This document shows, piece after piece, positions 13,020 to 27,186 of a DNA stretch of 64,000 nucleotides. Source of the DNA: Eledone cirrhosa (Eukaryota); the NCBI GenBank assembly GCA_964016885.1, contig OZ024751.1, positions 29,698,001-29,762,000 on the forward strand, read 5' to 3'. Position 1 is the stretch's first letter; the number at the start of each line of letters is the position of its first letter. Below the pieces are notes generated by a model, which saw nothing but the letters and a program-made list of their open reading frames with translations, ran no database searches and was not told where the DNA came from. Position numbers and translations under genes: made by a program.

Positions 13020-13386
13020 TATGTACGTATGTATACGTACATACATATATGTATACAGACGTACAGTAGTATGTAGATATATACATACATGCACACACAT
13101 ATATATATGCACGTATCGGGTTTACCGAACATTTATTATAATGCTCGGTTTGTTTGTAAACAAACTGCCCCAATTACGCCGTACTTACATTTAAGTAAGT
13201 GCTAAGAGTGAGAAATGAAATTTCGTTTCATTCTATTCCATTTATATATACACACATATATGTATGTGTGTATGTATGTAGATATTTATGTATATATATT
13301 TGTGTTTGTGTGAGTGTGTGTATATGTATATATATATATATATATATACAGAGAGAGAGAGTGAGGGAGAGAGTATGTGTCTGTGT

Positions 13387-13440
<54 letters not shown>

Positions 13441-13578
13441 GTCTAAGAAGTGTTTCTATGTATGTACATACATACTTATGTATATATGTGTTTATGTATG
13501 TATGTGTGTGTGTGTATGTATCATCATCACTATCATCATTTAACATCTATCTTCCACGCTAGCATGCGTTAGCATGGG

Positions 13579-13613
<35 letters not shown>

Positions 13614-13890
13614 TGTAGTATGTATGTATGTATTTGTATATGTATATATTTATGTGTGTGTGTGTGTATATATATATAGAGAGAGAGAGGGAGAGAGTAT
13701 GTGTGAGTGTGTGTATACATACATATATATATTCATGTATGTATATATATTATTGTTTGTGCATTATGAATTTGTGAGTCAATACATAAATATATCTGTG
13801 TATGTGTATATATGAATGTGTTTGCTGATACACACACACACATATATATCACCATCATCATCACATCATTTTTACACACTTGCAAGAGTG

Positions 13891-13928
<38 letters not shown>

Positions 13929-14535
13929 TGTATGTATGTATAAGTATGTATAGTAAGAATGATTAAACTGCAAGTCATATGTATATGTCAGGCATGTCTT
14001 AGTTGGATCATCTCAGACATATTTGGTAAAAAGTTCCAACAGATACCAACCATGTCTTTAATTACCATTATTGGAGATGTAGGGATGGAAGGAGAGGTAG
14101 TATAGAGAGTGAGGGAGTGGAGAGGGGAAGTAAGAGAGAAAGAAGGATATAGAGATAGATAGAGGTGTAGAAGAGAGTGTGAGGTGAAGTGAGAGGAAAA
14201 GAAAGATATAGATAGAGGGAGATGGTGAAGAGAGAGAGAGAGAGATGGTATTAAATAATGGTTAAAGAGGAGAAACATTTGACCAGAATTATCTAAGATT
14301 TACAGCTCAATAATTCTTTTGTTGAAATCTTTAAGAAGCAGTTTGTAAAGCACTGAGCCCTTCCCCCTTGCTCATCACTGCCCACAGCCCCTCTCTCCAC
14401 GCTGTCTTTCCTCTATTATTGTCTCACACACACACATATATATGTGTGTGTGTGTGTATATATATATGTGTGTGTGTATGTATATGTGTGTGTATGTATA
14501 TATGTGTGTATATATATGTACACTGTATATACAAC

Positions 14536-14865
14536 AAGGTACATGGCTTAGTGGTTAGAGCATTGGGCTTGCAATCGAACGTTTGTAAGTTCAATTCTCG
14601 GACCGGATGATGTGTTGTGTCCTTGAGCAAGACATTTTATTTCATGTTGCTCCAGTTTACTCAGCTGTAGAGATGAGTTGCGACGTCACTGGTGTGAAGC
14701 TGTATCGGCCATAGCCTCTCCCTCACCATGCCATCATTGGTGGCATGGTGAGGGGAGACTGGTAACTACTGGTCTTCCTCAAACAACCTTGCCTCGACTT
14801 GTGCCTTGGAGGGAAACCTTCTAGGTGCCAATCACATGGTCATTGGTGACCGAAAGAGGGTCTTC
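14536..14865 (+). mobile_element. tRNA-derived SINE family B, full length
   Basis: A-box tggcttagtgg, B-box-like agttcaattc, core gtgtccttgagcaagacattttatttcatgttgctccag. Confidence 0.85.
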
Positions 14866-14887
14866 GATATACAATATATGTGATGTT

Positions 14888-15081
14888 GTCCAAGGAAAGA
14901 CAAAGGCCGATACAACATGGCACCAGAGATATCACAACTCATTTCTACAGCTAAGTAAACTATAGCAATGTGAAATCATGTGTCTTGGTCAAGAACACAA
15001 CACAATGCTTGATCTGGGAATTGAACTCACAACCTCACAGTTATAAGTCCAATGCTGTAACTACTAAGCCATGTGCCTTCA
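14888..15081 (-). mobile_element. SINE family B, inverted neighbour
   Basis: Reverse complement of the first ~190 nt of 14536-14865. Confidence 0.85.
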
Positions 15082-15354
15082 AGACTGCTATGGTTTAGCC
15101 TGCATTACTGCAATGGCTAAAGCTACAATCTTTGAAATAAGCAGCCGAAATCATAGGAATTATTCTAAGATTTATTCTCCCTTTAGTTACTAAAGTTAAT
15201 ATGATCTACACTTAAAGTTGGTGATCAAGAAGAATTAGGTGTAAATCTATCATTTATTTGTCTTCAAATTGATTTCCCCAAGAAGACATGTTGTTTTCCA
15301 CTATTATTAAAAGATAAAATTAGAAATTGCCATCTATATACATTTTCTAAGCCA

Positions 15355-15439
15355 TACTATCTATCTATTTGCCTATCTGTCTGTCTATCTCAATATCTAT
15401 CTATTTGTCTGACTATCTATTTATCTATCTATCAAGCTA

Positions 15440-15476
<37 letters not shown>

Positions 15477-15564
15477 ATATATACCAATCTATCTATCTAT
15501 CTGTCTACTTGTCTGTATGTCTGTCTATCTTTCTGTCTACCTCTCTATCTACTTGTCTGTCTAC

Positions 15565-15600
<36 letters not shown>

Positions 15601-15621
15601 TTATCTATTTATCTATCTATC

Positions 15622-15652
<31 letters not shown>

Positions 15653-15700
15653 CTAAAGATATCTATCTATCTGCCTATCTACCTCTCTATCTGTCTGTCA
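15355..15700. repeat. (TATC)n tetranucleotide repeat
   Basis: Visible. Confidence 0.9.
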
Positions 15701-16109
15701 TGCTACAGCTTAAAGTATGATGATTTGACTTTTAACATATTCACCCCCTAAGACTCATGCCGGTTGTTTAGTAGTGTAAATATAGCAGTTTTTCAACAGT
15801 TCTCGGGGCAATGCCATCACCTTATCAGTAAGAAGGAGAACAACAACAAGCTCTGAAAACAAGTCCTTGGGTTATGTTACATATAATGATAGAGAAGGGA
15901 GATAATCTGAATGCAGGTTTTAGTTAAAGGTGAAAAGCTGTGATATGATCACCATGTTTGCTTCAAATAAATGACAAGCAGAAGAATAAGGTGAAAATTT
16001 TAGCCTGTTTAAAGGCATAAGGATGTTGAATTAAGTTGGAAGACAAGACAAATTCATTTCCTTAAGTTTCATATTCTAAATTCAAATACTTTTACACCTT
16101 TGTATCACC

Positions 16110-16390
16110 CTGTAATGATGGTGCTACATTAAAATACAAGTGTGTTCTGTAAAATGGCAATGATGGTGCTACATTAAAATACACTCATTACACTCAATAA
16201 AATGGTAAGGCTGGTGCTCTGTAAAGTGCTGGTGTCAATGAAATACACCCAGTGTCCTCTGTAAAGTGCTGGTGTCACAATAAAATACACCCAGTGTGCT
16301 CTGTAAAGTGCTGGTGTCAATGAAATACACCCTGTATGATTAGTAAATTGGTTGGTATTTGAAAGGGCATCCAGCTGTCGAAACCAAGCA
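16110..16390 (+). mobile_element. RTE-tail-related element with internal ~40-bp tandem repeats
   Basis: Repeated gtgctggtgtcaatgaaatacacccagtgt..ctctgtaaa, ending in gaaagggcatccagctgtcgaaacc. Confidence 0.6.
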
Positions 16391-16409
16391 AAATATAGAA
16401 TGTATAATT

Positions 16410-16530
16410 GAGGGCTTGTGTCTTGGTTTGAGAGTTGGATTTACATTTGTGAAGTTATGAGTTTGATTCCCAGACTGGACGATGCATTATATCTTTGAGC
16501 AAGACACTTTATTATTTCATGTTGCTCCTT
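16410..16530 (+). mobile_element. SINE family B, degenerate
   Basis: gagtttgattccc B-box and ttgagcaagacactttatt...tcatgttgctcc core. Confidence 0.7.
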
Positions 16531-17109
16531 CTGCTATGTGTTGCAACTGGTAGATAATACTAGCAATTGGCAAGACCAATGGAAACATTGTTTACTTGGT
16601 CCGATCTTACAAGTTCCACTCGATAAGTGAACAAGGACTGGGATCTTGATCTATTTAGGAAAAAAAACATTTTTTTTTTTTTTTCAGATGAAATAACAAA
16701 AATAAGCAAAACATGATTTTCTGACCAATCAAGACTAATCTCAGATCGTGACAACCCATCCAACCCATCCAACCCATCCAACCATAGAAAATAAACATAA
16801 ATTGATGTGGATTTAAACAAATTTTTTTTTTTACCTCTGAAACAGGAGGGAAAATATCATAAAACATCCATTACATTTATGGAAATTGTCTAAAATTTTA
16901 GGTCTGAAGAAGAAATTTCAATTTCAATTTGATGACCTTAACTATTCACCTGAAACCGACCATCATGAATCAGATGGACATTGGACAAAAGCTGGAATGG
17001 TATTCCATACCATCAATTAAAAACCAAAAATTTTAATTTCTTCGTTGATGTTCTCAACAATGTCCTATAATTTTATTATTGTTTTTTTATTTGTGTTATT
17101 ATTGATATT

Positions 17110-17800
17110 ATTATTTATTATTATTATTATTTTTTATTATAATTATCATTATTAATATCATTATTGTTATCATCATCATCACCCTTATCATCACTACCAT
17201 CATCATAATCATAATTGTTATTATAATCATTATCATCGTCACTATCATCATCATCATCATTGTTATTATGATTATTATTATCATCATTATTATTATCATA
17301 ATCATCATCATCATCATCATCACTATCATCATCATCGTCATTAGCATCATCATCATCACCACCACCACCATCACCATCACCACCACCACCACCACCATCA
17401 CCATCACCACCACCACCACCATCACCACCACCATCACCACCATCACCACCACCACCACCACCATCACCACCACCATCACCACCACCACCATCACCACCAC
17501 CACCACCATCACCACCACCACCACCATCACCACCACCACCACCATCACCACCACCACCACCACCACCATCACCACCACCACCATCACCACCACCACCACC
17601 ACCACCATCACCACCATCACCACCACCACCACCATCACCAACACCACCACCACCACCATCACCACCACCACCACCACCACCACCACCACCACCACCACCA
17701 TCACCACCACCACCATCACCACCACCATCATCACCACCACCATCACCACCACCACCACCATCACCACCACCACCACCACCACCACCACCAACACCATAAT
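17110..17800. repeat. (ATT)/(ATC)/(ACC)n compound trinucleotide repeat
   Basis: Visible gradient from ATT through ATC to ACC. Confidence 0.95.
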
Positions 17801-18112
17801 CATCACACTTCTCTCAAAGACAATAATTATTACTTGTGCCACTGACTGGGTTGGAGGGAGAGGAGCGGGGTAAAAACTAAACTCCATTGATATGTAGAAT
17901 TATTCTTTTATTCTTTAAATTCTCTCACTGGTTTCAGTCATTAGACCACGACCATGCTGGGGCACTGCCTTAAAATTAGATGGTAATTTCATTCAATGGA
18001 TTTACAAAGAATTTGAATTATTGTTTATAACTGAAAAAATATTTATAATACCAGAGATTTTATTTGTTTGTTTGTTAGTGTGCTTGCTTGTCTATATATA
18101 TATATATATATG

Positions 18113-18145
<33 letters not shown>

Positions 18146-18176
18146 ATTTGTTTGTTTGTTAGTGTGCTTGCTTGTC

Positions 18177-18215
<39 letters not shown>

Positions 18216-18242
18216 ATTTGTTTGTTTGTTAGTGTGCTTGCT

Positions 18243-18287
<45 letters not shown>

Positions 18288-18534
18288 ATGTGTATGTGAA
18301 TGTGTTTGTTTGTAGGTGTGCTTCTCTCTCTCTGACTTTATATATGTATGTGTGTGTATCATCATCATCATTCTATGTCCATTGTTCCACCTTTGCATTG
18401 GTTATATATATATATACGTATAATATATATATATATATATATACGTATAAATATATATATATATATGTATACATATATCTATATATATATACATTTTCTT
18501 ATATATATTCATATATATATATATATATATAAAT

Positions 18535-18571
<37 letters not shown>

Positions 18572-19228
18572 CATTGTTTTGTTTTAATTTTCTTTGCTTT
18601 TCACAAAAACATTAAGATAGAATAACATAACATAAAATAAAATAAAATAACATAAAATAACATAAAATAAAGTATATGAAATCCCTGGCTAACAGCATTA
18701 TCAGCTAATAATAAAAGTTTGGCTGTTTTAATTTGAATGAGATTGGGTAGTAGTTGTGGTTCTGTGAGACATGAGGAGAGAACTTTAATTTTGGTTTCAG
18801 TTTTGGTTGAAATGATGTAGAAGAAGAAGACAAAGATGAAGAAGAAGTAGAGGAAGATTCACTGATAAATAAATAAATAAATAAATAAATAATGTCCCTC
18901 CACTGCAGTATCTGCAGACAGCATCATACACACACACACACACACATACATGCACACACATACACATACACTGACCGACTGACCAAGCACCGACCATCAT
19001 CACTGCCGCCGTTGTTGTTGTATATACAAAAGGGTATCTTTCTGTAAGGGTAGGAGAGCAGAAGGAGGGGGGGCAGAGAGAGGGGGAGGGAAAGAGAGAG
19101 AGAGACTAGCTTCACTTTTATTACCATGACAACAGACAACTCTGCTTTGCATATACTAACTATATAATAGATACCCAGAGATGATAGTTCGCCCGAACCA
19201 AACCTAAACTCACCAACTCTGCAACAGA

Positions 19229-20065
19229 GCTTGCTAACCATCCTACCATCTAGCTAGCCAGCAAGCCATCATACCAGGCTGCTAACCACCCTACCATCCA
19301 GCTAGCCAGCAAGCCATCATACCAGCCTGCTAACCACCCTACCATCCAACTTGCTAACCATCCTACCATCCAGCTAGCCAGCAAGCCATCATACCAGCCT
19401 GCTAACCACCCTACCATCCAGCTAGCCAGCAAGCCATCATACCAGCCTGCTAACCACCCTACCATCCAACTTGCTAACCATCCTACCATCCAGCTAGCCA
19501 GCGAGCCATCATACCAGCCTGCTAACCACCCTACCATCCAACTTGCTAACCATCCTACCATCCAGCTAGCCAGCAAGCCATCATACCAGCCTGCTAACCA
19601 CCCTACCATCCAACTTGCTAACCATCCTACCATCCAGCTAGCCAGCGAGCCATCATACCAGCCTGCTAACCACCCTACCATCCAACTTGCTAACCATCCT
19701 ACCATCCAGCTAGCCAGCAAGCCATCATACCAGCCTGCTAACCACCCTACCATCCAACTTGCTAACCACCCTACCATCCAGCTAGCCAGCGAGCCATCAT
19801 ACCAGCCTGCTAACCACCCTACCATCCAACTTGCTAACCATCCTACCATCCAGCTAGCCAGCAAGCCATCATACCAGCCTGCTAACCACCCTACCATCCA
19901 ACTTGCTAACCATCCTACCATCCAGCTAGCCAGCAAGCCATCATACCAGCCTGCTAACCACCCTACCATCCAACTTGCTAACCACCCTACCATCCAACTT
20001 GCTAACCATCCTACCATCCAGCTAGCCAGCGAGCCATCATACCAGCCTGCTAACCACCCTACCAT
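19229..20065. repeat. Minisatellite of three 24-bp monomer types, mostly in 72-bp higher-order units
   Basis: cagctagccagcRagccatcatac / cagcctgctaaccaccctaccatc / caacttgctaaccaYcctaccatc. Confidence 0.95.
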
Positions 20066-20199
20066 CTATCCAACCAACTAATCATCCATCCATCTAGCTA
20101 ACCAAGCAGTCTACCACTCTATACTGCAGTTAATCACCCTACCATATATCCAACCAATCATCCAACCACTCCACCATCCATCTATCTGTCCAATCTACC

Positions 20200-21030
20200 C
20201 AGCCCACTAACCAAACCAACCACCCAAACCTAACCTGCTATATATATACATATATACATATTAATATATATAACTAACCAACCAGGGGGACCACCATCCA
20301 GCTAACCAAACAACTTCTAATCCATCCATTCATCCATCCTAACTGCCATCATCCAAAGCAACCATCCAACCAGCCACCCTACCAGCTGGTCACCCTACTA
20401 ACCAGCCAGTCAACAAGCCAACCCACCATCCAGCCTAAACCTGCTATGTACATCTAACCCACCAGCCCACCATTCAACCATTCAACCAACCAACCCTAAC
20501 CTGCTATATACATCTAGTTAACCTACCAACCCACTAACCCACCCACCATCCAACCATCCACCCACCATTCAACCATCCACCCAATATCCAACCCTAACCT
20601 GCTATATACATCTAGTCAACCCACCAACCCAATAACCTACCACCCCACCATCCAAGCTACCATCCACCCCACCATCCAGCCAGCCAACCCTAACCTGCTA
20701 TATACATCTAGTCAACCCAATAACCCACCAACACACTAACCTACCACCATCCACCCCACCACCATCCACCCCACCATCATCCACCCCACCATCATCCACC
20801 CCACCATCCACCCCACCATCCAGCCAACCAACCCTAACCTGCTATATACATCTAGTCAACCCACCAACCCAATAACCCACCAACACACTAACCTACCACC
20901 ATCCACCCCACCATCATCCATTCCACCATCCACCCCACCATCCAGCCAACCAACCCTAACCTGCTATATACATCTAGTCAAGCCACCATCCAACCCAACC
21001 ACCATCCAACCATCCAGGCAGTCCACCACT
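20200..21030. repeat. Degenerate CCA-rich repeat with recurrent aaccctaacctgctatatacatctagtcaac motif
   Basis: Motif recurs about 7 times with variable spacers. Confidence 0.8.
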
Positions 21031-21461
21031 AGTTACAATAATGTAATCATTTGTATAGATTTGGTAAAATGACCTGCCGCCCCCCCCCCCCCCCCCTCTA
21101 TGTTGTGTTGGTAGCTTTGTCTTTCTTTCCATTCTAGATTCAAGCAAGAGAAATTTCTGTATAGATGTGTATTTTTATTTCCCTGTGTCTCCCAAAAGCA
21201 GGGCCTCTCGTGTGTTTTTTTGGCATATATTAATATTTGTATAGATATGTAGTTATTTACATTTGTTTGTAGACGGATATGTGGAGATATGGATATGTAT
21301 TTTTATTTGCATGTGTGTGTTTGTATATTTGTATGTGTGTGTTTGTATGTGTGTGTTTATGTGTTTGTGTGTGTATATGTGTATGTGTGTGTGTGTGTGT
21401 GTGTTTGTATGGATGTAGTGTTATCTATTTCATCTTAGTATTATAACTGTTTATTCCCCTT

Positions 21462-21499
<38 letters not shown>

Positions 21500-21501
21500 T
21501 G

Positions 21502-21532
<31 letters not shown>

Positions 21533-21600
21533 GAATGAATATACATATATATATGTTTGTATGTGTGGATATATATATATGTATATATATATGTATCTCT

Positions 21601-21642
<42 letters not shown>

Positions 21643-21652
21643 CTCTATACAC

Positions 21653-21686
<34 letters not shown>

Positions 21687-22685
21687 GGGATGCAGTTATA
21701 TGTATAAATAGGTAGTGATAGTAAAAGTAGTGCTGAAAGTGGTGAATGTCTGCAAGAATGAGAGAGAGAGAGAGAGAGAGAGAGACGGGCGGGGGGACGG
21801 GGCAGTAGTGAAAGTGAAAGTAGCCAAAAGCTGGGCCATAAAAGAAGAGGAAGTAAAAGAAGAAAGAAGAGAATTAGCTGCAGTGAATGTGAATGAATGT
21901 ACCACTAAAACATTGATTAAATCCTTCTCTACTCTACAACACCCCATCCACCCCATTCCCCCACCCACGGCCTCTCTCACCCACTCACCCTACCTATCAC
22001 TCATACTCTTTGCTATCTCTTCTTTCAGCTTCATCCTTGGTTCTCCTCCATCCTCCCCTCTCGCTCTCTCTGTCTGTCCCACTCTCTCTCGCTCCCTCTC
22101 TATCTCTCTTTGTCTCTCTGTCCGTCTCTCTCTCTCTGTCTCTATCTCTCTAACTCTGTCTGTCAGGAGAGAGAATTCTTGTTGATATAATTACTCATGG
22201 CTCTCAACTTTCCTTTGCACCCCTCTCTTGCTCTCTCTCTGCCTCTTGCCCCCCTCTCTCTCTTGCTTCTCACTCTCTTTGTATCTCCGCTTCTCTCTCT
22301 CTTTTTCCCTCACCTCCTCTCTCTTTAAATAACATGGCTCCACTTTTACATGTAACTATATTACTAGTTGGTCCATCTTTAAGTTTTATGTACCACAATA
22401 TTAGGACTTTTCTATCTCCCATTCTGTTCTTCTCCCTCTCATTCTCTTGTTCTTATCTCCTCTCTTTCTCTCTTTCAATAGAGTTAGCTTGGCTTCGCTT
22501 GGCTTTTTCACTATAATAATAATCCTACAAGAATTTATAATTCAACTTTTCATTCTCGTCACTGTTTAATCTTGTATCTAACCTGAAATACACCCAATCT
22601 TTGTCAGGAGTTCTTTCCTTCACATGTACTTTAAACATTTATATTACAATATTCTATATTATATTTCAATATTCTACAAGTATTT

Positions 22686-22985
22686 TAACCCCTCTATTGC
22701 CAATGAAAGAGACTGCACATGACTTCCAAATCATCTTGAAAATTATGAACAATTTCTCATTATGTTAATTGGTGTTTGGAATATAACTTAGTAAAGGTTC
22801 TTATATAGAATTATGATAGAAGGTTTTTAGATAAATATAAACACGTTTACCCTTTCATGACCATATTTCTAAAGAAAAACAATTATGATGAAATGTTTTT
22901 ATATAAATCTAAACATTCTAAAATAAATTGATTTGTGTCATAGATTCAGGGAGAGTTACAGTTGGTGTAGTATCAAAAGTGTTAA
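22686..22985 (+). mobile_element. piggyBac-like non-autonomous element (degenerate)
   Basis: TTAA-ccc start and ...gtatcaaaagtg-TTAA end; body shared with 30360-30475 and 62735-63363. Confidence 0.55.
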
Positions 22986-23012
22986 TCTCTGATGAGAGAG
23001 GGAAAGAGAGTA

Positions 23013-23044
<32 letters not shown>

Positions 23045-24274
23045 TGTGTGAGGGAGAGAGAGAGTGTGTGTGTGTGAGGGAGAGAGAGAGAGTGTTGTGT
23101 GTTTGAGAGAGTGTGTGTGAAAGAGAGAGAGGGGGGGAGTGTGTGTGTGTGGGTATGTGTGAGAGAGGAGAGAGAGAGAGAGAGTATGAGAGAGAAAGAG
23201 GGAATAACATTTTATTAACTCTTTGAGTGCCAACAAATGCCCATTGCAAGCCCTGTCACAATCCTGCTCCTAGACCAGACAAGACCCATATCTGCCAGAC
23301 CCTTTTCCACAGACCTCCACTAAGCCAAGTCCTTAACCAGATCTTCACAAGTTTATCTCTGCCTATGAGAGGTCCCCACCCAGCATGGTTGCAAGTCTTA
23401 TCATAATGTTGCTCCCATAAATGACCAAACCAGACAAGACCCATATCTACCAGGTTCCCTCTACATTGTCCTCAACGAGATCTTCACAGGTCTGCCCAGC
23501 CTTACCTCCTATTCCCAACTTCTCTCGCTTCCACTCAAGAGAGGATCTCACGGGCCTCTTTCTGCTTCAAATTACTTTATTTAAAGCTTTTTTTGTTACA
23601 ACACAGCCACCACCAGCACACACTAGAGGAACTAGATGATCACACACACAAACACACACATACATACACACACGAACAACACAAACACAAACACACACGT
23701 ACAACACAAACACAAACACACACACAAATTAGGGTGGGTAAGAAAGAAATTCTCATTTAAAAAATTTGATTTAAAAACTAAAAAAAAATAACTGAAAAAA
23801 AACAATAAAAAACATCAAACATAAAATAAATAATGAAATGAAATGACTAAAATCCTTGAAATTCACTGGAAATGTTTAACCACTTGAATGAATTTCATTT
23901 CAAAATAATATTCCGTTTTAAGTTTATAGATTTTAGCTGTAGGCAAGTGGATTAAAGAAATGAAAAGTATAACTATATGATTGGCGTAAGATAACAAGAC
24001 ACTGTGTGTAGTCATGGATTAAAACATCCGATATTTTATCTTTTCTTATATCAGTTTTGATTATTGATCACCCATGTCTTCATGTATTTAGCTTTGGTTT
24101 CTTTACTGTTGTTTGTTGTTGTTGTTATTGTCTGTGTTGTTGTTATTGTTGTTGTTGTTTCATGGAAGTTCACACTCATGAAGAAATAACACAAACATTT
24201 TTTGGAAACACTTTGCTGGGTGCCAACCCTCGGTGAAAGGCTAATAACATATATAGAATGTGTGTCGATTATGC

Positions 24275-24326
<52 letters not shown>

Positions 24327-24629
24327 ATGTATATATATATATGTATATGTGTATATGTATATATATATATATATGTGTGTGCATGTATATGTATATATAT
24401 ATATACACACACATGTAAATATGTGTGTTTGTATATATTTGTATGTGTATGTATTTATATATATATAAATGTATGTAAATATATGTGTATATAGATATAT
24501 GTATATGAATTTATATTTATATACAAATGTATCTAAATATATGTGTATATATATATGTATGTATATTTATTTATATATAAATGTATGTAAATATATGTAT
24601 ATATATATATGTATATATATATATATGTG

Positions 24630-24663
<34 letters not shown>

Positions 24664-24669
24664 TGTATA

Positions 24670-24730
<61 letters not shown>

Positions 24731-24956
24731 ACACACAGTGTTTCTGCATTATTTCACATATTGATATTGAGCAGATTATTTCGAGATAATAAAAAAAAAA
24801 GAATAGTTTTGAGGCTGTTAAATGGGACTGAACCTGTACTTCCCTGCTCCAAAGAGATCAATAATCTAATTGATAACCTGCACAGATAACTATACAAGCT
24901 GTGGCTGGATGGATTCATGAGCTTTGATGAATAGTTAGCAATTTTACCTGAGTGAA

Positions 24957-25016
<60 letters not shown>

Positions 25017-25084
25017 AAGGAAATCAACATATATATATATATTCACACATATATATGTATATATACATACATATATATATATAT

Positions 25085-25115
<31 letters not shown>

Positions 25116-25759
25116 CACACATACATATATATGTACACATATATATATCTTTCTATATATATATATATATACTTACGCACACACACATATATATATATAT
25201 ACATGTATGCGTATACACATATATATATATGTTTGTGTGTATATATATATATATATATACACACACACATACATATATATATATACATGTATGCGTATTC
25301 ATATATATATATGTGTGTGTATGTTTGTGCGTATATATATATACATGTATGTGTATACACATATATGTGTGTGTGTGTTTGTGTATATGGCCATATATAC
25401 AGTACAGTGTAGAAGTGCCTTAAAAAACACATTAGGGAGAGAAACTTAAATTATTGACTCGACCCATGGTTTGGCACCCATTACAAGACCTTCGATGAGA
25501 TAACTCTCCTCCCCCTCCCTACTCCTTGCCCCACCCCCTACTCCTTGCCCCACCCCCCAAATAATAATGAACAAATAAAAATGAAATATAAAATTATTTT
25601 CATCACCTAAGTTGATTTAAATAGCATCTACTATAACAGTGTGTGTATATGTTGGTGATTGTCTCTACACACACACATATATATATATATGTATATGTAT
25701 ATATATATATATGTATGTATATATGTATGTATATATGTATATGTATACATATCTATCTA

Positions 25760-25837
<78 letters not shown>

Positions 25838-25854
25838 TATATATGTATGTATAA

Positions 25855-25896
<42 letters not shown>

Positions 25897-26298
25897 TGCA
25901 TATACATATATATGTATATATATCTGTGTGTGTGTGTGTGTATGTATATTTAAAACTTTCATTGTTATGCATGTATAATTTATAAACTGGCAAGATTAAG
26001 GTGGAAGAATGGAGGGTAAAAGTAAGAGGCAGCAGAAGAAGAAGGTGGAAGAGGAGAGGGGGGGGGGGGGTAATGGTAAGTCAATGCTATCAGATATTGG
26101 GTCTTTTACAAGTTGTTATATAAAAGTTCTATCAGTGATATTCTCCAACTTAATAAAAATGGATTTTGAAATCCTCAACTAAAAAATTTTTTACTGAGTT
26201 TACTTCTTGTTATATGTTTTGTCTTTTGTTTTGTTTTGTGTTTTTGTTTCCTATTTCACTGCTTCTTTGGGTTTCTTTCTAGTATAACTGTTAAGGCT

Positions 26299-26455
26299 CT
26301 CATAGGCTGATTATAAGGGAGTGATGCTAGAGCTGTGAAATCTTGCATGTATTAACTTCAATTCTTATTAATAATCGCATTGTTTCTTTCCAGAAACTAT
26401 GTTGAAAAATTAACTCCATTACATCATTCCATGAGAGTATCTTAGTCAGCCTATG
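26299..26455 (-). mobile_element. Mariner-like MITE copy (outer TIR ends eroded)
   Basis: Reverse complement of 28178-28371; cataggctga...tcagcctatg inverted ends. Confidence 0.8.
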
Positions 26456-26940
26456 CTGAACACCTAACAATTGTTTTGCATGATAAGAATGTTTTTTTTT
26501 TAATTTATTGGTTTCAAGTATCAAGCATGATCATCATCATCATGATCAACAACATCATGATCATCATTGTCATCATCATTTAATATCCACTTACCCTAAC
26601 AAGGGCTGGAATGGTTGACACCACAGACCAACTCAGACAGGTGGTGGTGGGGTACATCTTGTTTACATATACTCTCACCCTCTACCAAGTTCACTTGGTG
26701 ACTGTCCTGTCGTTGACATGGCTGATAATATATATATATACACATATATAAAAAAAAATGAAGTTTCGTTTACATGTATTTAGATTTTTATTGTGTATCG
26801 ACAACATGCAGGGTATGGGGGTGTGGGGGTACGGTGTACCTATTCTAAAGACCACAATACATATGATTGATTAATAGATGTCAATTTTCAGCCTTGGAAC
26901 TATTGTAGAAAGACATATATATATATATATATGTATATAT

Positions 26941-27145
26941 CATCATCATCAACATCACCGTTTTACGTCCGTTCTTCCATGCTGTTAGACGGGTTAGACG
27001 GGTTGTCCTGTTGTGGGCAGTGTCTGGTCAGCTGACCTTGTCTTGCTCATACAGGAACTGATTCTGGCTTGATTTCTTCAGCTGGATGCCCTTCCTAACA
27101 CCAACCTCATTTACAGTGAGTGCTGGGTGCTTTTTCCGTGGCACC

Positions 27146-27148
<3 letters not shown>
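26941..27148 (-). mobile_element. 3' end of RTE-like LINE
   Basis: ctggatgcccttcctaacacc and catcatc...ttttacgtcc tail; matches 54535-54800. Confidence 0.85.

Positions 27149-27182
<34 letters not shown>

Positions 27183-27186
<4 letters not shown>

Noticed and set aside
14536-14610. tRNA gene
   Set aside because: A/B boxes run directly into a SINE body; no complete cloverleaf
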